Position numbers and translations under genes: made by a program
Assembly: GCA_951406725.2 (NCBI GenBank)
Contig: OX597819.1
Span: 75,826,001-75,890,000, forward strand
Reading direction: 5' to 3'
Source of the DNA: Octopus vulgaris
Taxonomy: Eukaryota
Length of the DNA stretch: 64,000 bases
Notes under the pieces: model-generated
Database searches by the model: none
Told to the model about the DNA's origin: nothing
The model's input: the letters and a program-made list of their open reading frames with translations, nothing else
Shown here: one piece after another, positions 12,265 to 26,194 of the stretch
Layout of the letters: each line of letters begins with the position of its first letter
How positions within the stretch are numbered: position 1 is the stretch's first letter

Positions 12265-12480
12265 GATTAGTATAAACTTTAATCCTTTAGATATTGAATG
12301 CTTTTTTTGGGCCTGCAATCATCTATATTATTGATTCTGTTATTAATTTAATTGTTAACCTTGATAATAATAGTGTCAATAATATATTCGCAAATATTTT
12401 TCTCCTGAATTATTTGCTGCGGAAACTGTATATGTATATATATATATATACACACATACATACATACATACATACATACC

Positions 12481-12579
<99 letters not shown>

Positions 12580-13484
12580 CGGATGACTTATCACATGGAT
12601 TGAAGGATAGGGCGTAAAAAGGGTTAGTCTCATTTATACCTGTTGTACTACTTTTTACCCTATTATTTCTCTGGTTAACATCTCTTTCGTTGTGTCTGTT
12701 TCTGTTATTGGTGCTGCTGGTGGTGTTTCTATGTGTATTATTGTTGTCAGTAATGTTTATGTTGGTTTGCATGTTTTCATAGTTGCTTTCGTTATTCTTG
12801 TTGCCATCCCCAATTGTGGTTGTTATTGTTGTTGTTACCGTTACTGCTGTTCGTAGTGGCATCAATCTTTGGTAAGTTGACCTTCCCCTCATCCGCATCC
12901 CCGTCGTTACTGCTGCTGTCCTCGATCCCCACTTTGATGTTCCTGTATCTTTGTGTATTTGTGTGTTCGTTCATGTTGCCATCATGATGGTTCTTGGTGT
13001 TGTTGTTCGTGTTGTAGATAGATATATAAATATATTTATATAGATATGTGTGTGTGTTTGTGTGTATGTGTGTTACATAGACACGCACACACAGGCCTAT
13101 GTGTATGTATATACACATATTAGTGAGTGTGTGTGTGTGTCTATGTATGTGCGTACATTGATTAACATATGTGAGATATATGATAGATCTCCGCCTCAGT
13201 CATATGTTAAGGATCACCATTCATTAGACCAAAATCCTTATTTATGTGCATCGCAATATCTCGGCAATTCAAATTTCTTTCTTTGCAGTATACTTCAGCA
13301 AATTCAAATCACGTCTGCGTCAGGTAAAAGATAATCGAAATAGTAGACGATACACAAATGAACAAGAAGAGACAGCGACCAAGGGACAAAGGATTTTGGG
13401 TCGGTCTTCTTCACATTTATTTCACTTAGACGATTCTTAGAACGCAGCTCACTGTTCCAGTCATGGTGGGTTTTTAATCAGTTG

Positions 13485-13608
<124 letters not shown>

Positions 13609-13635
13609 CTGATATGTATATACATATAAAGAGGT

Positions 13636-13836
13636 ATCTTTTATCTTTCACTTGATGCAGTCATTAGGCTGCGGCTATGCTGAGGCACCGCTTTGAAGAA
13701 CTTTAGTCGAGCCAATCGACCCCAGTTCTTATTGTTTTAAGATCTCGGTCTTATTCTATTGTCTCTATTGCCGAACTGCTAAGTTACAGGGGCGTAAACA
13801 TATCGGTATCAGTTGTCAAGTAATGGTTTTGGACAA

Positions 13837-13892
<56 letters not shown>

Positions 13893-13948
13893 CTCGTACA
13901 CACACACATGACAAGCTTCTTTGAGTTTTCGTCTTCAAAATCTACTCG
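13636..13948 (-). mobile_element. SINE family B, degenerate 3' portion
   Basis: GCGGCTATGCTGAGGCACCGC..GCCGAACTGCTAAGTTAC..GTTGTCAAG..(CA)n is the reverse complement of family B. Confidence 0.75.
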
Positions 13949-14089
13949 AAATCACCATACAAACACCAGTTGCCGACGTTACCTACATCTAGTCCAATGA
14001 AATTTTAAAAAACACCAGTTGATGACGCCACCTAACTTCAGACCAATCAAAACCTAACTTCAGCAAATACAAAGAAATGATCCTTTATG

Positions 14090-14248
14090 AGAACGAACGA
14101 ACTAACGAAAGAACGAACCAACGAACCAACCAACGAACCAACCAACCAACCAACAAACCAACCAACCAACAAACCAACCAACCAACTAGCCAACCAGCCA
14201 ACCAACAAACCAACCAACCAACTAGCCAACCAGCCAACCAACAAACCG
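14090..14248. repeat. (AACG/AACC)n compound tetranucleotide repeat
   Basis: Directly visible; explains four overlapping low-complexity ORFs. Confidence 0.9.
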
Positions 14249-14887
14249 AAACGACTGATGAACGTCTCCACAGAGAAGCCAAACAAGCAGAACGACAAGC
14301 TTGACCACCAAAGAAACGTCACAAGTATTTTAAAGAATCAAAAATCAGATCCGTCCGCGGAAAAATTATAAATACATCTGATCCCAAAACATACCACTAC
14401 AAACAAAAGCGTCTACAGAAAGAGGATAAGAGAAACTGTGAACCAAATTCCCATTTTTTTTACTCTTTTTATTTCTCCCTTGCTTTTCCCCCCTCTTAAC
14501 TCAGTATAGCTTGTCGATCACTACTAACATTAATGAAAGTTGTACATTCAAACTATCTGAAGTTTTAATATTATTGACTGCTATGAACATTCAAACTTGC
14601 ACCTGTCTTCCTAAGTCATAATGCTAAATATATGTTTTGAACATGTTAATTTGCCAACATTATAATTGTCAACATTATAATTTGTCAACATTGAGACTCT
14701 TATAGATGTTTTTCTAATTCATAAATTTAAACTTTTACCATTGATAAAGAAAAAATATTGTTGAAACTAGTTTGGTATATATGTAAATAAATGTAATTTA
14801 AACATTTACAAGATCTTGAATTTTAGGTGCATTTTCAACAAGACATTTCTCTATATTTTTCCTGCGTGGAAACATCCCCCTCTTTTG

Positions 14888-14959
<72 letters not shown>

Positions 14960-15650
14960 AAAAAATCTGCAAAGATATCACAAAAACTGTACATATAAGT
15001 TATTTGAATAACGCATACACAAAATTTGTTAAATATATATATATATATTGGTATACGCGGAGATGTAAGACATATAAACATATGCATACCTATTTATACA
15101 TACAACGCAAATTTAATCCTAAAAATACATAGAACGATCATATTAAATGTATGCTATGTTTTCCCAAGTTATAAATTAAATATACATAGATTCATAGATA
15201 CACATACACACACGTAGTTACACGCATATATTGATATATTCACTGAAGATATATTGTGCTGACATAGAATCAGAAGGCGAAGATTTTTCAAAGAACAACA
15301 ATATAATTAAATAATAATTTGGCATTTAATTATACTTTAAGCTGAAGACACCAAACGACCAGCGATTATTATTGGGCGTTTTCTAGGATAAGCCATTACT
15401 TCTTGATTGATTATGTTCTGGCATCAATAAACTATGTGGCCGTTGTTGGGAATACATCGTATACATATACATATGTATATAGCTACATGTATACCTATCT
15501 ATTCAACTATATACACACATACACACAAGATGTTAATCACTGACACACACACACGTACACACATGTATATACAAAATAATTAATATATATATATATAGGT
15601 ACAGGACGTCACCAACAGTGCAAATAACATATATATATACATACATATAT

Positions 15651-15700
<50 letters not shown>

Positions 15701-15886
15701 GTATGTATGTATATATATATATATATATGTATACACACGCATACACACACACATATTTATATATATCGTTTTGAATATATAGGCTGGTATTGCCATAAAT
15801 GCTCAATCTAGTCGTAAATCACATTTAATTGAATTTCGGATGAAATACTGATGAATAAAACAGACTTAATGTAATACGAGTTAGTT

Positions 15887-15927
<41 letters not shown>

Positions 15928-16107
15928 ATGTGTTTGTTTGTGTTTGTGAATACATAAATGCCTGTGTATGTATTATTCATATAGATACATGTAATATATG
16001 CATATATATATAAATCATAATTAGAAAATAATCATATGCACGAACTTTATATATATAATATATATATATATATATGATATATATATGATATATATATGAT
16101 ATATATA

Positions 16108-16149
<42 letters not shown>

Positions 16150-16204
16150 TTATATATATATGTATGTATGCATGTATATCCATCTATCCATGCATACATA
16201 TACG

Positions 16205-16235
<31 letters not shown>

Positions 16236-16889
16236 ATGTATATATATATATGTGTATATATATATGTATGTTTGTGTGTTTGTATTTATGTATGTATATA
16301 TGTATATGTATACATACATAATTATTTCTACGTACAAAGGGAAAATATATTTTTCAAGTTGATAGGTATTGGAGTATAAAGAGGTCATAAAGCGTTTGCT
16401 GAGATCTTTATGTTGCTGCTAATTAAGGTTGCATATTTCTATGCAAAATCAAAGGTGCGTAGGTTGAACGTGAGTAGAATGAGGGAGAGGGAATGTAGAA
16501 ATTTTACAGCTACATTTTTTTAGTAAAGCGGGGGGGGGGGCAATGGTCATTATGCCCATTCAATGTCTGCGCAACTGCTGGGGGTGCAGTAGGTTTATTT
16601 AAACGGGAGACGTGACTCAAAGACAACCTTGGATCAGGTGCTTATTTTAAACCAGACAACGGTTTATGTATAAAACCCATGACGGCCGTCACTAGACCTG
16701 ATCTTAGATTTGGCGTATGTCACCGACACTCTAACGAGTCTAGGTTGGGTTACTACTTTATTTACGTAACTTTGGAGGACGAAAGGTCACGTCGATCACG
16801 GTGGAATCTAAACTTAGATCCCAAGGAATCAGAATGTATACGTTAAGGTATTTTGTGCGATATCCTATTGCGCCTGCCAGTTCGCTAAA

Positions 16890-17460
16890 TGTGCTTGGCC
16901 TCAATATCACAGGATATCTACTGTCCAATGTATATCTTCGACATAGAAAATAGATAAAGATTGGTCTTTCACTTCATAGCCAGAAAATACCTCAACTTCC
17001 ATCACCATCTTATACTCTAGGAAGCTTACACTGGTGTATTGTTGCCACATCTGGGACACAGCTGCCACTACATATACTGGCGCGCGAGACGGCATTTGGA
17101 GTGAAACCGGTCAGCACAATGGCTTTATGTCTCACTCATGAACACACGCTGTAGCTTTCACCATGGATGTGCTCTTTCTGTTTCTCTCTGACTTTCTACT
17201 ATTGTGACCTCTGCTCCAGCGTGCTCGCTGGTCTCGTATAACATCTACTTCAGCAATCTTGCCTCTATCATCTCTCCTCCTGTTATCACTGGTATTGCCT
17301 TCAGTCTAGATCCCCAACACAAATATTTCCAGTCCTTCTTCCCCCGAACGTCAGTTTTATGGATTCCCCATTTGTAAACATGTTTTGCTTACATCTGTCG
17401 ACTTGCCACGGTTCTAGATGGATGTGAGCCGTGTCGATCTCACTCGTCATAGTGGGGCTG
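16890..17460 (+). mobile_element. Highly decayed LINE RT C-terminal fragment (CR1/L2/Jockey group)
   Basis: Remnants of ARKY..LILY..YCCHIWD.A and a later FFPRT..LW motif; many stops and frameshifts. Confidence 0.5.
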
Positions 17461-19504
17461 CGAAAACCTTCAGCATACGCGCCTCTTTCGTCCAGATCAA
17501 TTAAGTCATAGCAAGATAAAAAGTGGCGTTTTGAATAATGTGTGAAAGATTTAAGAAACTGATAAAGACGGTTGCGTTGAATAATAACAGAGCTTCATTG
17601 CACCAGCTGCGCTTGCCTGTATGCACTTTTTCCTGTATGCATTCAATTATTCATAATTGTTTCCGTTGCATGGAATAGCAACTTTTCCTTACACATGATG
17701 GACATTATTGTAAGAGTTTTGAACAAATGAATTTTCTCTGTGCAGCATCTTCTCTCTGTCTTTCTCACTTCTCTAGGTGTGCGTATGCTTCAATCTCTCT
17801 CTATTACCGATGCTCACGCGATTTAAAATACTTCTTTAATGAACTTCAAAAGAATCATGTCACGTTATCATATTTAACATCAACATTACACATATTGTCC
17901 AGAAGGAGTTTTAGGTTAAAATCCACACATTCATATGCGCACACAGATATATGTACCTTCATACAGATACATAACCATACTTAAACTCTTAAAGGGATGA
18001 ATCATTTATTAATATAAATTACTACTAACTATCAAGGATAGAACTAGTTGAATCACAGCCACAAATAGCTTCAATCATGCTTTGAACTTAGTAACATGAG
18101 CTAATGAAACGTTCACTAATTACATAGTGCTTCTTCTCCTCTCAGCAGTGAATTGTGTACTGCTGGCTCATAATTATTAGCTAGATAGACATCATGAGGG
18201 ACTAGTTCACAAGTGTTGAGAATCTTGGCAGAAGCACAATGCTGTGTTGGTGCAAAGACACGAAACTTTGATCTAGTTGTTCAGTGGAATCATACTCTCT
18301 CGGCTCAAATTGCTGTCTATATTATAGTGATATTGAGGATTAAAAAAATACTGCTTTTAGCTAAAATTCAAAAGATAAAGTAAACAAAGTTTTGCAATTA
18401 TGATGGTGCAATATAAGAACGAGTATAGAAAACAAGAACAAAAACCGTCAATTAAAATGGCCGACATTTGCTGCAAGAAATGGAAAAGTTGGCAATCAAC
18501 TAATTGCTACATGTCAACACAGAGACAGAAATCTGTGTACGGCGATGGTATGCTTCTCTCAGCGCTTCCAAACTACTGCAATATTGTTGTGTCATGACCA
18601 GAAATCTGAATTGCTTTAAAGAATGACATTTTAAAATAATGAATAAAGATCTTATTGATGTTGCATCACATGTCAGACTTGTGATCAAATGATTCTAGCC
18701 GTAACCATCTGGTTATTTTTCATTTCGGCATATTGCTTTTAAGACTGCATTCTCCAGTGTTCTTCGTGGAGGCTAGTGACCTGCTTCAATGCTAATCCTA
18801 TTTAAAAAAGGCTGGACGCTGTAGTCCTTGCCCTTTCTCTTCTTATTCTTCTTTCTCTTTCTCCATGTATCGAGTAAATAGATGTCGGAAGCCATGAGCC
18901 TCCATGCCATTGTGTAAAAGTTCATGATTTTTCTTGGGTAAGATAAAGCAGTGATTTTTCATTGCTTTCAGCGTTTATTTGCAGTTTACTTCGATAGTCT
19001 ACTCTCATGAGCCTATCCTTGGGGAACAAGACCTTTTTAACCTATAACCAAGGTAACTGGTTTACGTGTTATCAGGGCTTGTCGTCATAACGTTAGGCCA
19101 ACCCCTAACTCCTACATGCATTACATACAGAACACTTGTTTGCTATTTGACCCTTAACTGGAACCATTGATAAGTATTACCATCCCGGTTCCAGAACTGA
19201 ACTGAAAGTAGTGGCAACTTCAGATTCCCCAAAAGTTCTGAATTCTCAAGCTGGAACCCTTCTGCCGGATGAAGTTTAATACCATGCCCAGAGCATAATG
19301 TCATTTTGGTAGCTCTAAAACAATGTCATGATCGCGACTGGACTGTATTTTACGATAGAGCAGCTTCTTCAAGGTTGATCTAGAGAGTAAACACAAACAA
19401 CAGAATATATGATCATCGTAACAGATCATCACTCTGTTCTATTTTTTCTAAACAAAACTTCAATTCATGATAAAAATTTATCTCCCCGTATGTTTAAAAT
19501 ATTT

Positions 19505-19704
19505 GACTTGTTGCTGTTTAACCCAAGGTTAACACTGACCAATTAAAATTGTGGTAAAATACATTCCAGCACTAACCATTCAGATTTTTTGGGGAATATT
19601 TAGACCCACGTTGTCCAATGAACCCTTTCTTCATGAAAACAAGGAGCGTGATTTCTGTGAGATTTTGCTGCTATTTTATGCAAATAGAGCGGCCATATAG
19701 AGGA
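19505..19704 (-). mobile_element. Old SINE-like family D copy (degenerate relatives near 18610-18800, 19270-19400, 22885-23075, 29610-29720, 50715-50900)
   Basis: Recurrent degenerate motifs AGAAATAGCAGC.AAATCT..AAATCAC and GCTGGAATG..TTTG.TCATAG..CTG..AAACAACAAC in several copies. Confidence 0.5.
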
Positions 19705-19984
19705 AGTTTGTACTGGTGGTGTGCAGTCAATAGCAGAATATTGTTATCCATAAATGTTTCTCTGAGATTTTATCACTTTCCATTAAGCACTTTCCTTAAT
19801 CGAGACTATTTGCGATAGTCGTGCATGACAAACAGGTTGCAGCTCATAAACGAAACCTCTTATTCCAATAGACTTGAACAAATGATATATAGTTTCATTA
19901 CTTCTGCAGCATTTTGCTATAACACTTGCCTTCTGTATCTAATATAATCATTTTTGCTAACACTATCAAGATATGTGTGGAGGT

Positions 19985-19991
19985 ATACATG

Positions 19992-20023
<32 letters not shown>

Positions 20024-20282
20024 TGTATGTATGTATGTATGTATGTATGTATGTATGTATGTATGTATGTATGTATGTATGTATGTATGTATGTATGTAT
20101 GTATGTATGTATATATATATATACATATATATACACATACACACATATATGTGTTGTATATATACATGTATTTAAATATATATATGTACTCACACACACA
20201 CATATATATATGTATATATTTATGTATATACATATATATATGTAGAGAGAGAGAGAGAGAGAGAGAGAAGGGGGAGAGAGTG
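19985..20282. repeat. (TATG)n/(TA)n/(GA)n compound microsatellite
   Basis: Directly visible. Confidence 0.95.
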
Positions 20283-20759
20283 GGGAGTGAGAGTGGATTG
20301 ATAGATAGGAAGATGTAATGAAATAGAGATTTTGGCATTATCCCAGGATATTGAATAATGGTTTGATGTTCAAACAATTTCGGTGTATTTGAATTAAAAC
20401 TTAGACCGAATTGCAGAAGTTTCTAATACTTCTGGAATGGATAAACATAGTGATGGATCGAGTTCCTCTCTCAAACTTTTGAAATTTAAGTGGTTGGCTT
20501 AATACATGGCCTCCTTTAAAATGCCCGTTGCTCTAGCGGATTCAACTTTGCTTCAAGCACTGGAAAACTATTTCTCGGATTACAGATAGCTCCTTCTTTG
20601 TCCCCGCCATCCATCTTGGAGGCTCTGAAGAAAACGAAGAGCCATGAGCACTGCTCCTTCAATGTTTCTTTGAATTAAGGTCTTGTTGAAATATTCTTTT
20701 TCGATAGCCCTCATCTATGCACAAGACTTGAAATATTCGATGAGTGGGCTGTTCGCTGA

Positions 20760-21262
20760 CAGTGACCGCAGTGCTCAACTGGTATTATTTTATCAACCTC
20801 GCTAAAGCAATTTGTTCGTAGTGCTAAATATCCTGCCAGTTGCCGCCTTTCATGGTTTCAAATTTTGGCTGAAAGCTAGCAATTTTTGGAGACGATGGTT
20901 AGTCGATTATACTTATTTTATTGATTCCGGAAGGATGAAATGCAAAGTCAACCCCGCGATATTTGAACTAAGACAGTAAAAAACCGCAAGAAATACCGCT
21001 AAGCATTGCGTCCTTTTCGCTAACCATTCTACCAGCTCGCCGTCTTCCTTTCTAATGTTTGGAAAAACATAAGAAATTTTTAAAAGAAGGGTAAGCTGAT
21101 TACATCGACCCCAAAGCTAAGCTGGCACTTTTATTTATTGATCTCCTCGATAAAGAAAAGCAAAGTTGTTCTCAGCGGCATTTGAACTCAGAATGTAGAG
21201 CTGGAAAAATGCTGTGAAGCATTTTGTCTGCCGTGCTAACGATTCTGCTAGCCAGCTGCCAT
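20760..21262 (-). mobile_element. Three adjacent degenerate copies of SINE family C
   Basis: Each ends in a variant of GCTAACGATTCTGCCAGCTCGCCGCC (~20830-20848, 21020-21043, 21235-21260), the reverse complement of the 23119 head. Confidence 0.7.
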
Positions 21263-21595
21263 AATATTTTCTTTAATAGTAATCCACCAAAAATATCAGT
21301 TCATAAATTACCCATAAAAAAAGGAACTTTGTGCATTAAAAAAAAAAATGTATGTTATGAATAATCATTTCTGGAAGAAGCCATTTCAAAATGATATTTT
21401 AGGAAGTACCTGTTTGTACTGTATACGTAATCTATCACCCCATTTAATAATACGTAGGTCTGAGGTGTACTCTTTTGCAAGCATTCGGACCAGATTAGTT
21501 CGGAATCTTGTTGATCTGCTTCTACTTCAGCAACTCTTCACCGGTGTCATCTTTTTAACCTCCCACTTGTTAACAATTCTATCGTCTCACTGCCC

Positions 21596-21618
21596 TAATA
21601 ATAATAATAATAATAATG

Positions 21619-21652
<34 letters not shown>

Positions 21653-21674
21653 TAATAATAATAATAATTATAAC

Positions 21675-21706
<32 letters not shown>

Positions 21707-21756
21707 TAATAATAATAATAATAATAATGATAATAATAATAATAATAATAATAATG

Positions 21757-21808
<52 letters not shown>

Positions 21809-21822
21809 TAATAATAATAATG

Positions 21823-21853
<31 letters not shown>

Positions 21854-21882
21854 TAATAATGATAATAATAATAATAATAATG

Positions 21883-21928
<46 letters not shown>

Positions 21929-21972
21929 TAATAATAATAATAATAATAATAATGATAATAATAATAATAATG

Positions 21973-22045
<73 letters not shown>

Positions 22046-22074
22046 TAATAATGATAATAATAATAATAATAATG

Positions 22075-22136
<62 letters not shown>

Positions 22137-22137
22137 T
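21596..22137. repeat. ~540-bp (AAT)n trinucleotide tract with GAT/AAC interruptions
   Basis: Directly visible; source of the poly-N/I/L ORFs. Confidence 0.98.
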
Positions 22138-22138
22138 A

Positions 22139-22620
22139 TAAAAGATGGGCTACAGCAAATATTCTGCTCAATACCACAGATTTGCTTGTCAGTTGTTTGA
22201 CCTTAACCAGTTGAGCATGTCCCTTAGTGGCTGACGATATGTGCATCTCTGATCACGAGCAGAAGTAGTGGGGGAGCATCATAGCCATGTGTTGAGAGGG
22301 ATTCTTTGGGGTTTGAATAGTTCACCTCTGGAAACATGGGTGGTTCTTTCAACATCCTTAAACAACCCTTATTCAGGGACCGTTTGAGCGGGATGGGCTA
22401 CTCAACCTGAAGAAAATTCTAACTGGGCCCCACCTGCAAGGTCATGTGCTGTTTATCTTGATATGAGATCACCATGTCGCGCACATATGGTTGTGATGCA
22501 TGTGCCTGGTGTACCTTTATCAGACGGGTAGTCATGATGGGTATATTGGGCTTCGTATATTTTACCCCAGTGTCACTTTGATGGCATGAACTGCTCTCTC
22601 ACTCAATAATAATAATAATA
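22139..22620 (+). mobile_element. ~470-bp non-coding insert in an AAT tract, ending in (AAT)n; probable 3' UTR of an (AAT)n-targeting R4/Dong-type LINE
   Basis: Higher-GC unique sequence flanked on both sides by AAT repeats; ends CTCTCACTC-AATAATAATAATAA. Clade is inferred from the target site only. Confidence 0.55.
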
Positions 22621-23118
22621 AAAAATGCAAATTACAAGGAGAAAATTAAAAAAATATTTACCTTAATATACAGATTATATCCTATGCATATAGGCCACAT
22701 ATTTTACGGGGAGTATATGTCGACTAAAGCGACTGGGGAAGGGTGAAAAACAAGATAAATCGACAGGACTTGAAGTAAGGGCTGTTACGTAAGCAGCTAA
22801 ATAGATTTTATCCGTTACTCAACAGTTCTGCCAATCCACGGTAATATATTACTATCAGAATAAAGCAATTTAATGTGTACCCTCCATATGGTTGCTCGAC
22901 CTGCAAGAAATATTTATCAAGTGTTCATCATATCACATGCTTCCGTCTCGAAATAGGAAAGGACATGCAATAGTATAATATTAGATGTGCTATGCATGAC
23001 AAAATAGGCATGATGGTCATAACTAAAACACCATTGCTCATAGTTCTGACCTAGGACAAAATAACAATACTAATATCAAACAACAACACTAATATCAACA
23101 ATATTAATTTCTTCCTAA

Positions 23119-23428
23119 GGCGGCGAGCTGGCAGAAACGTTAATACGAAGGGCGAAATGCTCAGCGGTATTTCGTCTGCTGCTACGTTCTGAGTTCAAAT
23201 TCCGCCGAGGTCGACTTTGCCTTTCATCCTTTCAGGGTCGATTAAATAAGTACCAGTTACGCACTGGGGTCGATGTAATCGACTTAATCCGTTTATCTGT
23301 CCTTATTTGTCCTCTCTGTGTTTAGCCTCTTTGTGGGTAGTAAAGAAATAGGTATTTCGTCTGTCTTTACGTTCTGAGTTCAAATTTCGCCGAGGTCGAC
23401 TTTAACTTTCATCCTTTCACGGTCAATA
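23119..23428 (+). mobile_element. tRNA-derived SINE family C (Nin/Deu-like domain) with a partial internal duplication
   Basis: GGCGGCGAGCTGGCAGAA head, GAGTTCAAATTCC box B, GAGGTCGACTTTGCCTTTCATCCTTTC..GGTCGAT..AAGTACCAG; the segment from ~23166 recurs at 23351-23428. Confidence 0.85.
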
Positions 23429-24378
23429 GAAAAGAATACTAATTTCTTAAATCGGAACGTGACCTGAAGTTTGGGGTAGAGAACAGACGATTATAAAAAT
23501 CCCAGTTGCTGAATGGTATTTTAATGTGATAGACTTAGGAAGATTAAAATGTGAAGTTGACCTCAGAGTAATTTAGATTTAGGGTTTGAAGAGCTGGAAC
23601 AAATACCACAAACGATTCTGTTAATCAACTTCTTACAAGACGGTAACAACAACAACATCAACTGTAATAATAACATAAATACAGATTTGTGCCAATACGT
23701 CACAAAGCACTGTTGACTGGTGCCATGTAATAAATTCATGGCTTCTCGACGCCATGAAAAATGAAGAGCAAAGTCAGTGCAGAACTGATTGGAACTCAGA
23801 GAAGAGAAATAAGTCTCAATACTTAAAGTTTTTTTTTAAAGAATTAAAAAAAAAAATTCTACCAATTCATAAAATAGAAGCATAGAAATAATATTGAAAA
23901 TGACAGGTTTAGTTCAGAATAAAGAATGAAAAAATTTGAATCCTCCTCCAATAAAATATAACAACCCTGTATTTTCTCGCTTGGAACTAAATTGCTCTAA
24001 TTTTCACGGTTCACCTCGCTTTAATAATTATTGAAGTAAATTGCATTGCAATTACACCTATGTATCATTTCCCATACGGACACTCACAAAAATATGTTTT
24101 TACCGCACCCCACCCCCAAAACCGCGATACAAAACCATTAATGGAAATGTAAACATATATTTATATATTTTGATATCGCAAACATATATTTATATATTTT
24201 CATATCACATGAGTGCCATTAGATACTGCTTTTAAGCACATTAGTCACTGGTTGACTGCGTTTCTGATGACAAAAGTGACAAGGGAGTATTTGCGACTCG
24301 TAGAACAAATACATCAAAGGATATCGTTTGTATGTATGTATGTATGTTTGTATGTACGTATATAAGTTTGTATGTATG

Positions 24379-24462
<84 letters not shown>

Positions 24463-24600
24463 TAATAAAAGAAAATGGAGAAGAAATATAGTGGATACTT
24501 CGTTAATTTTATTTGTATTATAATGAAAAAAAAAATATTGCGGAACTTTGGTGTGTGCGTGGTGTGTGTGCATGTGTGTGTGAGTGTGTGTATATATATA

Positions 24601-24657
<57 letters not shown>

Positions 24658-24671
24658 TTCTCCTTGGAGAA

Positions 24672-24942
24672 TTTATAAGTCGAATGAATCGATCCCACGA
24701 CTTTATTATTTAAAGCCTGGTACTTATCCTATAAGACCCTTTTGCCGAACTGCTACGTTACGGGGGCGTAAATATAACGGTACCTGTGGTGGGTCACACA
24801 TGCACACACGCGCACACACGAATATATATAATATACGACGGGCTTCTTTCAGTTTCCGCGTACCAATTCCACTCACAAGGCTTTGATTGACACTAAGCTA
24901 TAGTAAAAGTCAGTTGCCCAACGTACCTTGCAGTGGGAGTGA
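24672..24942 (-). mobile_element. SINE family B, degenerate
   Basis: TTTTGCCGAACTGCTACGTTACGGGG..ACGACGGGCTTCTTTCAGTTTCCG..CCACTCACAAGGCTTTG. Confidence 0.75.
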
Positions 24943-25115
24943 AGAAATGTCGCTACGCTTTTTGTCGTGTGCGTTGACAATTCTGCTAGCTCGCAATATA
25001 TATTTGACTGGGCCTTCAAATTAAAGGTGAACTCGAAGTCCCAATCAAATCAAAATTTTGTATCAACCTACCTATGTATCCATCAATTCATCCATCCATC
25101 CATCCATCCATCCAT

Positions 25116-25149
<34 letters not shown>

Positions 25150-25594
25150 GTCCATCTGTCCATCCATCTCTCTCTAAACACACACACGCACGTGCACACA
25201 CATACACTCACACACACATACATCCACGCATACATATATACTTACATGCACACGTATTCACACACACTGACGGAATAAACTATCATAGTCTTCCATAGCA
25301 GCTTTCTCTCTGTAACTTACAAAGCCTTTCGGGTTTGTTTACAAATAGTATATGTAATATTGGACATTTTAAGTATATATTAACTAAATTTGGCCGAAAT
25401 TCACGGGCAAGCGTGTGGCCCGGTCAGATGCGCGAGCAGCCATGTTAACCTTGATTTGTGACTTCCATTGTATTTGGTGTCAGCTCATCATTTGTCAGTC
25501 ATTTGTTTGTATTTAAAAGTTGTCGCTTCAAATCGGAGAATAAAATATATCATTATACAGTTATATATACATATATATATATAAGTTACTTATA

Positions 25595-26013
25595 GGCGTA
25601 AGAGTGACTGTATGGCAAGTAGCTTGCTTACGAACCACATGGTTCCAGGTTCAGTCCCACTGCGTGGCACCTTCGGCAAATATCTTCTACTATAGCCTCG
25701 GGCCGACCAAAGCCTTGTGAGTAGATTTGGTAGACGGAAACTGAAAAAAGCCCGTCGTATATATGTATATATATATACATATATGTAAGTGTGTGTGTAT
25801 GTTTCTGTGTCTGTGTTGCCCCCGCCCCCAACATAGCTTGACAACCGATGCTGGTGTGTTTACGTCCCCGTAACTTAGCGGTTCGGCAAAAGAGACCGAT
25901 GCAATAAGTACTAGGCTTCCAAAGAATAAGTCCCGGGGTCGATTTGCTCGATTAAGACGGTGCTCCAGCATGGCCACAGTCAAATGACTGAAACAAGTAA
26001 ATGAGTAGAAGAG
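25595..26013 (+). mobile_element. SINE family B full-length
   Basis: Colinear with 7599-8007. Confidence 0.9.
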
Positions 26014-26147
26014 TATACATACTTATAAAGTGAGGATATAATCATTTAGAACAATTAGATTAGTGGGCAGCGTATAAAAAATACCATATCAGTAAAATTA
26101 ATCATATTTTTATAGCTATGTACTTAAAAATGTATAAATATATATAT

Positions 26148-26190
<43 letters not shown>

Positions 26191-26194
<4 letters not shown>

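Noticed and set aside
21348-22214. 288-aa poly-Asn ORF and overlapping poly-Ile/Leu ORFs
   Set aside because: Artefact of the (AAT)n tract.
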